Of a stretch of DNA of 64,000 bases, positions 37,298 to 47,248 are shown piece after piece; within the stretch, counting starts at the first letter, position 1, and every line of letters begins with the position of its first letter. The DNA lies in the NCBI GenBank assembly GCA_963837465.1, contig CAWINB010000004.1, positions 650,853 through 714,852 on the forward strand. Direction: 5' to 3'. Below the pieces are notes generated by a model. It had not been told where the DNA came from, ran no database searches, and worked only from the letters and a program-made list of their open reading frames with translations. Origin of the DNA: Candidatus Doudnabacteria bacterium. Its GTDB lineage: Bacteria > Patescibacteriota > Doudnabacteria > UBA920. Both the position numbers and the translations under genes were made by a program.

Positions 37298-38224
37298 TTA
37301 CGTTTCAGATAGTTTTGCCACCCAGACAATATCCTTATTCTTTTTCCACCACGTCATCTGCCGTTTGGAGTAGTGCTTAATGGCAAAAGAAAGCTGGGTG
37401 AGCATTTCTTCACGCGACAGTTTTTTTTGCAGGAATAGCGCTATATATTTGTATTCCAGGCCGAATGATTCCAGCCGTTTCCAGGACAGGCCGAGGCTAT
37501 GGAGTTTTCGGACTTCCTTTACTACTCCCGCCTTAAAGCGCAGCTTTAGCCTGACGTCTATTTTTTCATAAAGCTCATCTTGCTCCGGATACAAGCCAAG
37601 CCAAAGAGCGTCATAGCTGACTGCTGACTGCTGATTACTTTTGACAGGCACAGGCTTGCCGGTTGTTATAACAATTTCCAGCGCGCGGATGAGGCGGCGT
37701 TTGTTGTGGCGGTCGATGGTTGTTGCGCGGCTTGGATCCAGTTTTTTAAGTTGCCGGTACAAATCATCGGCCGATTTTTTTTCCAGTTTCGCCCGCAATT
37801 TCAAGTTCGGCTTAACATCTGGAATTTTTTGATCGTAAACAACGGCATCAATCCAGTGCGCCGTGCCGCCGCAGAGGATGGGCAGTTTGCCGCGGCTTAA
37901 AATATCGGCGATGGCTTTTTTGGCGTCTTGCTGAAAAAGCGCGGCGGAATATTGCCTGTTCGGATTTATAAAGTCTATGCAATGGTGCGCGATTTTTTTA
38001 TAAACAAACTGTTTGCATAAATGACGGCCGTCATTTATAGTAACACTCCATTTGCCGGGGACTTTGCCGGTGCCCAGGTCAAGGCCGCGGTAAATTTGCC
38101 GGCTGTCGCAGGAAATTATCTCGCCGTTGAATTTTTTTGCCAGTTTGACGGCAAGTTCCGATTTACCGGACGATGTAGGGCCGACGACGATAATTATCTT
38201 CGGGAGGTTATTTTTTGCCATCAT
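37298..38224 (-). CDS. miaA: tRNA dimethylallyltransferase MiaA
   Basis: P-loop GPTSSGKS and DSRQIYRGLDLGTGK. Confidence 0.85.
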   Translation of the reverse strand: MMAKNNLPKIIIVVGPTSSGKSELAVKLAKKFNGEIISCDSRQIYRGLDLGTGKVPGKWSVTINDGRHLCKQFVYKKIAHHCIDFINPNRQYSAALFQQDAKKAIADILSRGKLPILCGGTAHWIDAVVYDQKIPDVKPNLKLRAKLEKKSADDLYRQLKKLDPSRATTIDRHNKRRLIRALEIVITTGKPVPVKSNQQSAVSYDALWLGLYPEQDELYEKIDVRLKLRFKAGVVKEVRKLHSLGLSWKRLESFGLEYKYIALFLQKKLSREEMLTQLSFAIKHYSKRQMTWWKKNKDIVWVAKLSET

Positions 38225-38471
38225 CGTTTTGTTATCTTTTTCCCGGCGTGCTTTTGCGCAACTATTAAACCCCGTCCGTGGATTTGCATCCGCGGGCGTT
38301 TTTTTAGCTCCCGCTTTTTAGCCCGGGTTACGTATTCGTCTGTAATTTTTTTCTTCATGGCATTATGATTATCATATCATTAGTTGCGATTCCCTTGAAG
38401 GCAGCCTTTAAGGGAAGCCTTGTTTACAGCTGTTTTTGCTCTAACGGCTCCAAAATGTTATAATTAAACCT

Positions 38472-39302
38472 ATGGATTGGCAAACTTTTGGGCATAAGGG
38501 CGTAAAAAATACTTTAGAGCGGCAGCTGTTTTCGGCCAATCTCCCGCAGACCTATCTTTTTACGGGCCCCCGGGGTTTGGGTAAGCAGAGTTTGGCTCTG
38601 GAATTCGCGCGCAAAATTTTGCGCGCCGAGAACTTGCCAACGCATCCCGACTTCGCCCTTTTAAGCCAGGACGGCGAAATTACCATGGAGTCGGCCGTAA
38701 CTTTTATGGCCAAATTGCCGTTTAAGCCTTTTGTCGGGCAAAAAAAAGTCGCTATTATAAACGACGCCCAAAATTTGAACCCGCAGAGCAGTAACGCTTT
38801 GCTTAAAACTCTGGAAGAGCCGTCGCCCAGCGGTGTTATTATCCTTGTGGCCAGCGGCAGACTTTTGCCCACAATTGTTTCGCGCTGCCAGGTTTTAAAT
38901 TTTAGTTTGTTTAGCGCCGGTGATTTATCCGCTTTTGCCCAAAGCCTGGGCCACAAACCCGTGCAGGAAATTTTGGACTTGAGTTTCGGCCGTCCCGCGA
39001 GGCTAAAAAGGTTTTTGGAAGACAGGGATTATTTTTCGGAGCAGCAAAAAATCCTGCGAAAGTACAGGGAAATTACAAAGCTTTCGGTCGGGGAAAAACT
39101 TTTGGCTATCGGTGATTTTGCGGATGTGGAAAGCCAGCAATTATCGGGGCGGTTTGAAAATTGGCTTTTTTGGCAGGCTGGTAACCTGCGCTTTGAACCT
39201 CAGGATTTCCCCAAAGTACGCGCTTTAATGGACGCGGTTTTGGGGCTTAAGATGAATAAGAATAAAAAATTGGTTTTACAGAGTTTGTTTTTAAAAATAT
39301 GA
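38472..39302 (+). CDS. holB: DNA polymerase III subunit delta' (HolB-like clamp-loader subunit)
   Basis: LFTGPRGLGKQSLALEFARKIL, AAA+ delta' type. Confidence 0.65.
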   Translation: MDWQTFGHKGVKNTLERQLFSANLPQTYLFTGPRGLGKQSLALEFARKILRAENLPTHPDFALLSQDGEITMESAVTFMAKLPFKPFVGQKKVAIINDAQNLNPQSSNALLKTLEEPSPSGVIILVASGRLLPTIVSRCQVLNFSLFSAGDLSAFAQSLGHKPVQEILDLSFGRPARLKRFLEDRDYFSEQQKILRKYREITKLSVGEKLLAIGDFADVESQQLSGRFENWLFWQAGNLRFEPQDFPKVRALMDAVLGLKMNKNKKLVLQSLFLKI

Positions 39303-40360
39303 AAAACAAAAAACTTTTTCTAACGGCAGCCTTTATTTTTTTGGCGGCCGGATGCAATCCTTTCAGCAAATCGCTGCCCGCCGGCGTGGTCAAAAGCGTC
39401 AATGGCGGCGTGGACTGGCAGTTTGCCAATACCGCCAGCGGCAGTCCGGTTTCCGGCTTGTCAACTTTAAGCATCTCCAAACTGGCCTTCGACCCGCAAA
39501 ACCGCCAAACTGTCTTCGCCGCCAGTTATACCGGCGGTATGTATAAATCGGAAGACGCGGCCGGCAGTTGGGCCAATATTTTATCCGACATTTATGTTTA
39601 CGATTTTGCCATCAGTCCCATTGACTCCAAAACCATTTACGCCGCTGGCTTTTATAATGCCGATGGCCGCGCGCTAAAAACTACGGACGGCGGCGCCAGC
39701 TGGAACCAAATTTATGACGAAGAAACGCCTTCGGACGCCGTCAGAAGCATCGCCTTAAATCCAGCCAACCCCAATGAATTGGTTATTGGCACTACAGTAG
39801 GCGATGTAATTAAAAGTTCCGACGGCGGTCAAACCTGGCTGCTGCTTAAAAGTTTTAACGACCAGGTTAATAGGGTGCTGTGGCAGGATAATTCTGTTTA
39901 CGTGCTGCTTAAAACCAAGGGCTTGTTTGCTTCCACCGATTCCGGCGCGACTTTTACCCAACTGACTTCGTCCCTGGCCAATGTTTACGGTTTAGGCGGC
40001 CTTTCTTACAGTTCCAGCCCCATAGAAAACTTCAGCCAGGTTTATGTTGATTTTGACAGCCAAGACTTAATTTACATCACCACCAATAAAGGTTTGTATA
40101 AAACCATTGATGGCGGCAAGACCTGGACCTTTTTGCCTCTGCCTGTAAGCGCCCAGGACAGCGCCGCCCGCGCCATTGCCGTGGCCCCGGGCGACAGCAG
40201 CACGGTGTTTACCAGCGTGGGTTCCACTGTATATAAGTCTTTGGATGCCGGCCAAACCTGGCAGACTCAGGGCTTGACCACAGCAGGCTTTATCAATTAC
40301 ATTCTAATAGACCCCCAGTTGCCGCAGATTGTGTACGCGGGAGTGTATAGCACGCAGTAA
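39299..40360 (+). CDS. BNR/Asp-box repeat lipoprotein (Ycf48/sialidase-like beta-propeller)
   Basis: Lipobox LAAGC. SxDxGxTW repeats (TDGGASW, SDGGQTW, IDGGKTW, LDAGQTW). Confidence 0.6.
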   Translation: MKNKKLFLTAAFIFLAAGCNPFSKSLPAGVVKSVNGGVDWQFANTASGSPVSGLSTLSISKLAFDPQNRQTVFAASYTGGMYKSEDAAGSWANILSDIYVYDFAISPIDSKTIYAAGFYNADGRALKTTDGGASWNQIYDEETPSDAVRSIALNPANPNELVIGTTVGDVIKSSDGGQTWLLLKSFNDQVNRVLWQDNSVYVLLKTKGLFASTDSGATFTQLTSSLANVYGLGGLSYSSSPIENFSQVYVDFDSQDLIYITTNKGLYKTIDGGKTWTFLPLPVSAQDSAARAIAVAPGDSSTVFTSVGSTVYKSLDAGQTWQTQGLTTAGFINYILIDPQLPQIVYAGVYSTQ

Positions 40361-40458
40361 CAACAAATTGAGCAAAATTAAATAAAATTAAGTAAAATGG
40401 AACAAAATTTACCGCGGTCAAATTTTACTTGATTTTTTAAATTTTATTTAATAATTCT

Positions 40459-41016
40459 ATGATCGACCAAATCCTGAACGAACACAAAGAAAATTTTGAA
40501 AAAGCCATGGAGCATTTCGCGCATGAACTTTCCGGCGTGCGCACCGGCCGCGCCAACCCGGCTTTGTTAAACAGCGTAACGGTGGAGTCTTACGGATCCA
40601 AAATGCCGCTTGAGCACGTGGCTTCGGTTACGGTTAGCGATGCCAAGACTCTGGTAATTTCGCCGTGGGACAAAGGCCAGATTCCGGCCATTGAAAAAGG
40701 CATCCAAACGGCCAACCTGGGGTTTAACCCATCAAACGACGGAGTTGTCATACGCATAACTTTGCCGGCGCTTAACGAGGAGCGCCGCAAAGAAATGGTT
40801 AAGTTGGTGGGCCAAATAGCGGAAAAAGGCAAAATCGGCATCCGCAACGTCCGCGAAACCATCCACAAAGAAATGAAGAAAGCCGAAAGCGAAAACAGCA
40901 TCAGCAAAGACGATCTCCAGGCAGGCCAAAGAAAACTCCAGGAAGTAGTGGATAAATACAACGAAGAAATCAAGCAACACGCGGAAGCCAAAGAAAAAGA
41001 AGTAATGACGGTTTAA
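40459..41016 (+). CDS. frr: ribosome recycling factor
   Basis: Full-length RRF consensus. Confidence 0.9.
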   Translation: MIDQILNEHKENFEKAMEHFAHELSGVRTGRANPALLNSVTVESYGSKMPLEHVASVTVSDAKTLVISPWDKGQIPAIEKGIQTANLGFNPSNDGVVIRITLPALNEERRKEMVKLVGQIAEKGKIGIRNVRETIHKEMKKAESENSISKDDLQAGQRKLQEVVDKYNEEIKQHAEAKEKEVMTV

Positions 41017-41019
41017 AAT

Positions 41020-41538
41020 ATGCAAGAAAGGCCAGAAGCGAATATTGGTAACCATGAATTGATGTCTGAGCAGGAAGCCTATGATTTGACTAAGCTAATG
41101 TGGGCAAAGATGCGAATGGATCCCCGTAGCGGCGAAATTCGAACAGAAGATCCCAGAACTGAAAGCCAAAAGCAACACAATCAGTTTTTTGGTGTTCCCG
41201 AAGGAGGTTTTGATAACTTGCCTAATGCCGCAGATTATAATCTGGCCTTATCAGCAATAGAAAAATTAAGCCACGCCGCCGCAGAGGAAAGTGATTTTGA
41301 AAAATTAAAATCCCGTGTCGCTGTCATACTTTCATCTTTAAGTTTTAATGTAAAAGAATTAATTGGTTCGATATTTTATTCCCATCCAGAAAATGATCAT
41401 GGGCCTAACAGTAGGTATGCTAGGCAGCAAGTAAAGCAAAAACATCACTCAGTAAAGGTAGAAGGCATTAAAGGCCCAAGCGCAAAATTAGGTGATTTAA
41501 GAAAAGCTGGTAGCAGAATAGAAAAAAACGCAAAGTAG
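41020..41538 (+). CDS. hypothetical protein, AT-rich relative to its neighbours
   Basis: 172 aa with no motif. Lies between frr and rseP. Confidence 0.4.
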   Translation: MQERPEANIGNHELMSEQEAYDLTKLMWAKMRMDPRSGEIRTEDPRTESQKQHNQFFGVPEGGFDNLPNAADYNLALSAIEKLSHAAAEESDFEKLKSRVAVILSSLSFNVKELIGSIFYSHPENDHGPNSRYARQQVKQKHHSVKVEGIKGPSAKLGDLRKAGSRIEKNAK

Positions 41539-41548
41539 ATTATTTACT

Positions 41549-42667
41549 ATGTTTGTCACAATCCTCATCTTCATCCTCATCCTCGCCATCCTCGTGTTCG
41601 TCCACGAGTTTGGTCATTTTATCGTGGCCAAAAAAAGCGGTATGCAGGTGGAGGAGTTTGGGTTTGGGTTTCCGCCGCGGATTGTGGGTTTGCAAAAAAT
41701 TAACGGCAAGTGGAAAGTTGTGGGGGCAAAAAATCAAAATGTAAATCCTAACGCCACGGTCTATTCCATCAACTGGATTCCCCTGGGCGGCTTTGTGCGC
41801 ATCCTGGGCGAAAATAACGAACGCGAAGACCACCCCGGAAGTTTTATCAACAAAGGCTTCTGGCCCAGATTTTTAACATTGGTGGCGGGGGTATGCATGA
41901 ACGTAATTTTAGCCTTTGTTATTTTTTCAGCCGGTTACTTAATCGGCCTGCCGGTGGCCGTAGACAGCCTGGCGGACGTTCCGGCTCACGCCACTTTTAG
42001 CCATCAGCAAACCGGCATTTTAGATGTCCAGAGCGGTTCTCCGGCCGCCAAAGCCGGTGTTGAGCCCAATGACATTTTGCTTTCGATTGATGGCAATGCT
42101 TTTTCCGGGGTTGCTGACATACAAAATTATATTTACAGTCACGAAGGCAAGCAAATAACGTTCGCAGTCCAAAGAGGACGGCAGGATCTATCTTTTAAAG
42201 TAACTCCTTTGGTAAACCCGGGGCCAAACCAGGGACCTACGGGAATTGAGTTGTCGTTGGTCGGCAGGTTAAAATATTCGCTGGTTTTTGCGGTTTGGGA
42301 AGGAGCCAAAACTACCGGCTCCGAACTGGGGGCTATTGTGGCGGGAATTTACCAGCTGTTTTCTCAGCACTTGGGTTTTTCCAGCCTCGGCGGCCCGGTT
42401 CAGATTGAGCGGCTGACCGGACAAGTGGCGGGTTTGGGTTTTGTTTACTTAATGCAATTTGTGGCTTTTTTGTCTTTAAACCTGGCCGTGCTTAACATTT
42501 TGCCGTTCCCGGCCCTGGACGGCGGCCGCGTATTGTTTTTGTTGATAGAAAAAATCCGCCGCAAGCCCAACAACCAAAAAGTTGAGCAGATTATAAACAC
42601 CGCGGGATTCGTGTTTTTAATTTTACTGATGGTAGCGGTAACGATTAATGACATAATCAGGAAATAA
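41549..42667 (+). CDS. rseP: RIP metalloprotease RseP (site-2 protease, M50)
   Basis: HEFGHF zinc motif, a PDZ domain and the LDGG motif. Confidence 0.85.
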   Translation: MFVTILIFILILAILVFVHEFGHFIVAKKSGMQVEEFGFGFPPRIVGLQKINGKWKVVGAKNQNVNPNATVYSINWIPLGGFVRILGENNEREDHPGSFINKGFWPRFLTLVAGVCMNVILAFVIFSAGYLIGLPVAVDSLADVPAHATFSHQQTGILDVQSGSPAAKAGVEPNDILLSIDGNAFSGVADIQNYIYSHEGKQITFAVQRGRQDLSFKVTPLVNPGPNQGPTGIELSLVGRLKYSLVFAVWEGAKTTGSELGAIVAGIYQLFSQHLGFSSLGGPVQIERLTGQVAGLGFVYLMQFVAFLSLNLAVLNILPFPALDGGRVLFLLIEKIRRKPNNQKVEQIINTAGFVFLILLMVAVTINDIIRK

Positions 42668-42949
42668 TATAGGTGATTTTTATAGGGGAACCAGGAGAAT
42701 CACAGAATTATTTGGCAGCGCCAAGATAAAATTGTTCCGCCGACTGTCAAGCCGCTTGAAATTGAGCCAAAAAGCGATATTAAGACAAAATTGCCGCCTA
42801 AGCTTATTAATGGCGTGGAAGTCAAAATTTTACCCCCGGGCGAACAAAGAAGAGAACTGGAATTTGATTATAAGGGTCGTGAATTAAAATCCGATGAAGA
42901 AATAAGAAGAATAACATCTGAGCATCAAAGAAGTAAATAAAATTTAATT

Positions 42950-44640
42950 ATGCGGCAATCCAAATATTTTTTAAAAACTTCCAAAACATTTTCCGAAGAA
43001 GATGTTAAGATTATTTCTTCCAAGCTTTTAAAGCAGGCCGGGTATATTGCCGAGTCGGTGGCCGGACGGTATTATTTTTTGCCGGCCGGACAGCGGGTCC
43101 AGCAAAAGATTATGAAAGTTATTAAGGAAGAAATGGACGCGGCCGGGGCCCAGGAAATGGTCGCGCCGATTTTGCATCCTTTGGAGTTATGGAAAGAGAC
43201 CAACAGGACTTCCACGGCGGGGTTTGAGCTTATGAAAGTCAAAGACCGGCGCGACAGCGAATTCGCCCTAGGCGGCACGGCCGAGGAAATGTTCGTGGAC
43301 TTGGCGCGCAAATACCAGCTCAGCTACAAAGATTTGCCGTTTCAGTTGTATCAGTTTTCTCCAAAATTTCGCGACGAACTGCGCGCGCGCGGCGGACTTT
43401 TGCGCGTCCGGGAGTTTATAATGAAGGACGGTTACTCTTTCCATCGCGACGAACAAGATTTCAGGCTGACTTATGAGCAGATGAAAAAAGTTTACAGCGT
43501 GATTTTTAGCCGCTTGGGACTGAAAACAGATATAGTGGAATCGGACAACGGTTATATCGGCGGCGAATATTGCCATGAATTTGTGGTTGAATCGGAAATC
43601 GGCGAAACCCGCTATTTCGCCGCGGAAGACGGCAGCTACGCGGCGCACGAAGACGTGGCTAAATTTAAAAAATACCGGGACGAACAGGACGAAGCCGGAC
43701 AGGAACGCCGGGATGTGGAAGGCGCGGGAATTATCGGGGTTGAGCAACTGGCTAAATTCTTAAAAATCCCCGTGGAAAAAACCACCAAAACAATTTTGTT
43801 TGAAACCGACAAAGGCCAAGTCGTGGCCGCCGCGGTTAACGGCATGTACGATATTAACGAGACCAAGCTGAAGCATGTTTTGGGCTGTAATGATTTAAAG
43901 CTGGTCAGTCCCGAGACAATAAAAAAACTTACCGGCGCCGAGGTCGGCTATGCCGGAATTTTAAATCTTCCCGAAAGCGTCAGGGTTGTCATGGATGAAT
44001 CGGTAGGCGCGAGGAAAAATTTTGAATGCGGCGCCAATAAAACCAATTACCATTCCATCAACATCAATTTTGGCCGTGATTTGCCGCTGCCGGAAAAATT
44101 TTACGACATCGCCATGGCCAAGGCCGGATATTTGTCGGTGGACGGACGGAATCAGTTAGTGGAGAAACGCGGCATTGAAGTCGGCAATATTTTCCAGCTC
44201 GGCTACCATTACACGAAACTTATGAAGGGCGCCAATTTCCGCGACGAAGACGGCCTGGAAAAACCCTATTACATGGGCTGTTACGGCATTGGCGTGGGCG
44301 CGCTATGGCCACGCTGGTGGAAGTATTCCATGATGAAAAAGGCATTATGTGGCCGGAAAGTTCGGCGCCGTTTAAGGCTCATCTTATTGCCCTTAAGGGA
44401 GCGGAAAAAGAAGCCGAAAAAATTTACCGCAATCTTCTTGAACAAGGCATTGAAGTACTGTATGATGACAGGGAAGCCAGCGCCGGAGTAAAATTCGCGG
44501 ACAGTGATTTAATCGGCATTCCCTGGCGCCTGGTAGTTTCGGCCAAAACTCTGGAAAAAAACAGCGTGGAAGTCAAAAAAAGGGCGGAAAAGGATTTTAA
44601 GCTGGTGGAAATCCCCAAAATCTCAGAAGCAATAAAATAA
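42950..44640 (+). pseudogene. proS: prolyl-tRNA synthetase with an apparent -1 frameshift near 44296-44302 (ORFs 42950-44491 and 44305-44640)
   Basis: Class II motifs are intact. ...GCYGIGVG is followed out of frame by RAMATLVEVFHDEKGIMWP, the anticodon-binding domain. One C appears to be missing in a GGCCGCGC context. Confidence 0.8.
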
Positions 44641-44719
44641 AAAACACAAATTTTTGTTTTTATCACAGGCGATAATTTGTGTTTTTGTTTTATCCTAAAA
44701 TCTATATTAAAAATATTTC

Positions 44720-45772
44720 GTGCTACAAAAATTTTACCAAAAATTCAGCAAAGACATCGGCATAGATTTGGGCACGGCCAATACGCTTGTGTATGTTAAA
44801 GGCAAGGGGATTGTTATTAATGAGCCCAGTGTTGTTGCCATTAACCAGCGCACCAAACAGATTTTGGCCATTGGCAGCGAGGCTCGGAACATGGTCGGCC
44901 GCACGCCGCCGCACATTGTGGCTACCAGGCCGTTGGTGGACGGCGTCATTTCGGATTTTGAAGTTACCGAAGCCATGCTCCGTTATTTTATAGACAAAGT
45001 CCACAACCAGACTTATCCTTTTTTGCGCCGGCCGCGGGTGGTTATAGGAATCCCCAGCGGCGTCACTGAAGTGGAAAAACGCGCGGTTATTGACGCGGCC
45101 ATTAACGCCGGAGCCAGCCGGGCCTACTTGATAGAAGAACCCATGGCCGCGGCCATTGGCGCCAGGTTAAAAGTCCAGGACGCCGCCGGCAGCATGATTG
45201 TTGACATAGGCGGCGGCACCACGGAAATTGCCGTCATCTCTTTGGGAGGCATTGTTATCTCCAAAAGTTTGCGCGTGGCGGGCGACGAAATGAACCAAAA
45301 TATAGTCCAGTACGCCCGCGAACATTTTAACCTGCTGTTGGGCGAGCGCACGGCCGAAGATGTCAAAATAAAAATCGGCAGCGCTTATCCGCTGGAAAAA
45401 CCAATCTACGCCCAAATGCGCGGCCGGGATTTGGTCAGCGGCCTGCCCAAAGAAGTTACAATTTCCGATACCCAAGGCAGGGAAGCTTTAATGCGCAGCT
45501 TGAAAGTTATTGTCAACAGCATTAAAAGCGTGGTTGAGGAAATTCCGCCTGAACTGATATCCGATATTTTGGGCAGCGGCATAGTTCTTGCTGGCGGCGG
45601 CTCGCTTTTGCGCGGCCTGGACAAGCTGGTTTACGAGGCCACCTCCCTGCCGATTAACGTGGCCGAAGACCCGTTAACCTGCGTGGTCCGCGGCACGGGA
45701 GTTATCGTGGAAGACCTGGAGGTTTTAAAGGATGTGTTAGTCCCCACGGAGTTCGCCAAGATCCCGAGATAA
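44720..45772 (+). CDS. mreB: rod shape-determining protein MreB
   Basis: DIGIDLGTANTLVYVKGKGIVINEPSVVAI. Confidence 0.9.
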   Translation: MLQKFYQKFSKDIGIDLGTANTLVYVKGKGIVINEPSVVAINQRTKQILAIGSEARNMVGRTPPHIVATRPLVDGVISDFEVTEAMLRYFIDKVHNQTYPFLRRPRVVIGIPSGVTEVEKRAVIDAAINAGASRAYLIEEPMAAAIGARLKVQDAAGSMIVDIGGGTTEIAVISLGGIVISKSLRVAGDEMNQNIVQYAREHFNLLLGERTAEDVKIKIGSAYPLEKPIYAQMRGRDLVSGLPKEVTISDTQGREALMRSLKVIVNSIKSVVEEIPPELISDILGSGIVLAGGGSLLRGLDKLVYEATSLPINVAEDPLTCVVRGTGVIVEDLEVLKDVLVPTEFAKIPR

Positions 45773-45797
45773 AAGTATTAAAGGTTAAGGATAAAGC

Positions 45798-46598
45798 ATG
45801 AGATTCATCTATACCAAAGCTTTTGCCATGTTCGCTTCGTGTCTGGCGCTGCTGGCGGTACTGGTACTTTTGCAGGTTAAAGGTTTGCTTGGCCCGATAA
45901 GAGTGGCTATTTTAGAGGCGCCGCGGCCGGTAACCAGCCTGGCGGGCGCCGCCGCTTCGCCCGTGAAAAATTTTTTCCTTACCATTTACCAATTAAAAAA
46001 AATCAGCCAGGAAAATTCCCGGTTGCGGGCCCAGGTATCCGCGCTGGAGCAGAATTTGGCGCAGTATCAGGAAGAAAGCCGTGAAAATCAGGCCTTAAGG
46101 ACGGAGCTGGGGTTTGTCAAAAGCAGCCAGATGCAGCTTTCATCCTGCACGGTGCTGTCGGAAAACCCTTTCGGTTTAACTGACGACATAGTTTTGAACT
46201 GCGGCAGCAATGATGGCGTGCAACTGGGGCAGGCCGTGATTTCCCAGGGCTATTTGGTGGGCAAAATTATTTACGCCGGCAGCGACTCCAGCACTGCCCA
46301 ACTTATAACGGCTTCGGATTTTTCCACTGATGCCAGAGTCAGCGAGACCGCGGCCACGGCCATTGTCACAGGTTCCTTTAACTCCGGCATCACCCTGGAC
46401 CAAGTGCCTCAAACATCCGATCTGCGGGCAGGCTGGCTGGCGGTAACGGCCGGCATTAATTCGCAAATCCCCAAAAATATTTTAATCGGCCAGGTCAGCC
46501 AGATTCTTTCTTCCGGCAACGATTTGTTTAAAAAAGCCGCTCTGACAAGCCCCATTGATTTTAATAATTTACAGTTTGTGTTCGTGGTAAAACAGTAG
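45798..46598 (+). CDS. mreC: rod shape-determining protein MreC
   Basis: N-terminal TM, coiled coil and MreC beta domain. Lies downstream of mreB. Confidence 0.7.
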   Translation: MRFIYTKAFAMFASCLALLAVLVLLQVKGLLGPIRVAILEAPRPVTSLAGAAASPVKNFFLTIYQLKKISQENSRLRAQVSALEQNLAQYQEESRENQALRTELGFVKSSQMQLSSCTVLSENPFGLTDDIVLNCGSNDGVQLGQAVISQGYLVGKIIYAGSDSSTAQLITASDFSTDARVSETAATAIVTGSFNSGITLDQVPQTSDLRAGWLAVTAGINSQIPKNILIGQVSQILSSGNDLFKKAALTSPIDFNNLQFVFVVKQ

Positions 46599-46636
46599 TA
46601 GTGAGTAGCGCGCAACCCGCTACCTGCCGGCCTCCC

Positions 46637-47173
46637 ATGAAATACCTCATCTATACAATTTCCATCATCTTGGTGCTTGGGCTTAATGTCGGCTTGTTCG
46701 GCAACCTCCAGATTAACGGTCAAATTCCCGATTTGCCGCTGTTGATGGTCCTGTTTTTTGCCCTGGATAAAAAAAATTGGGATTTTTTTTTCGTGGCTTT
46801 CGCGGGCGGAATTTTTTTGGATTGCTACTCCGCGGGCTTTTTTGGCGGCTTTACCCTGGCGTTCCTGGTGCTGGCGCTTATCTGCCATCTGCTGGTCAGT
46901 AATCTTATGGTTTTGGAATTAACCTGGAAAAATTTGGTTTTGCTGGTTTTTGGCGCTCTGATAGTGGTGGATTTTTGCCTGTGGTTTTACTCGCTGGCGG
47001 CGTTTAAGTTGGGCCTAAGTCCGGATTATTCCGGCTTGAGAGTTTACGCGGACGCGTTTTTACCGCAGTTATTTTATAACTTACTCCTGTTCTATCCCAC
47101 GCGCCTGTTGTGTGATTTTATAAAAAAAACAGTGGAGAATTTTACCATCCGCCGCCGGAGTTTGGTTAGGTAG
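46637..47173 (+). CDS. mreD: rod shape-determining protein MreD (putative)
   Basis: Small polytopic membrane protein sitting between mreC and the PBP2 gene. Confidence 0.5.
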   Translation: MKYLIYTISIILVLGLNVGLFGNLQINGQIPDLPLLMVLFFALDKKNWDFFFVAFAGGIFLDCYSAGFFGGFTLAFLVLALICHLLVSNLMVLELTWKNLVLLVFGALIVVDFCLWFYSLAAFKLGLSPDYSGLRVYADAFLPQLFYNLLLFYPTRLLCDFIKKTVENFTIRRRSLVR

Positions 47174-47248
47174 TCCTAAACTGCGCAGGGCTTCCGAACT
47201 AAGCCTTTAGGTTCTGAATATTTATAGCTAAAACGCGGTAAGTCCTGT

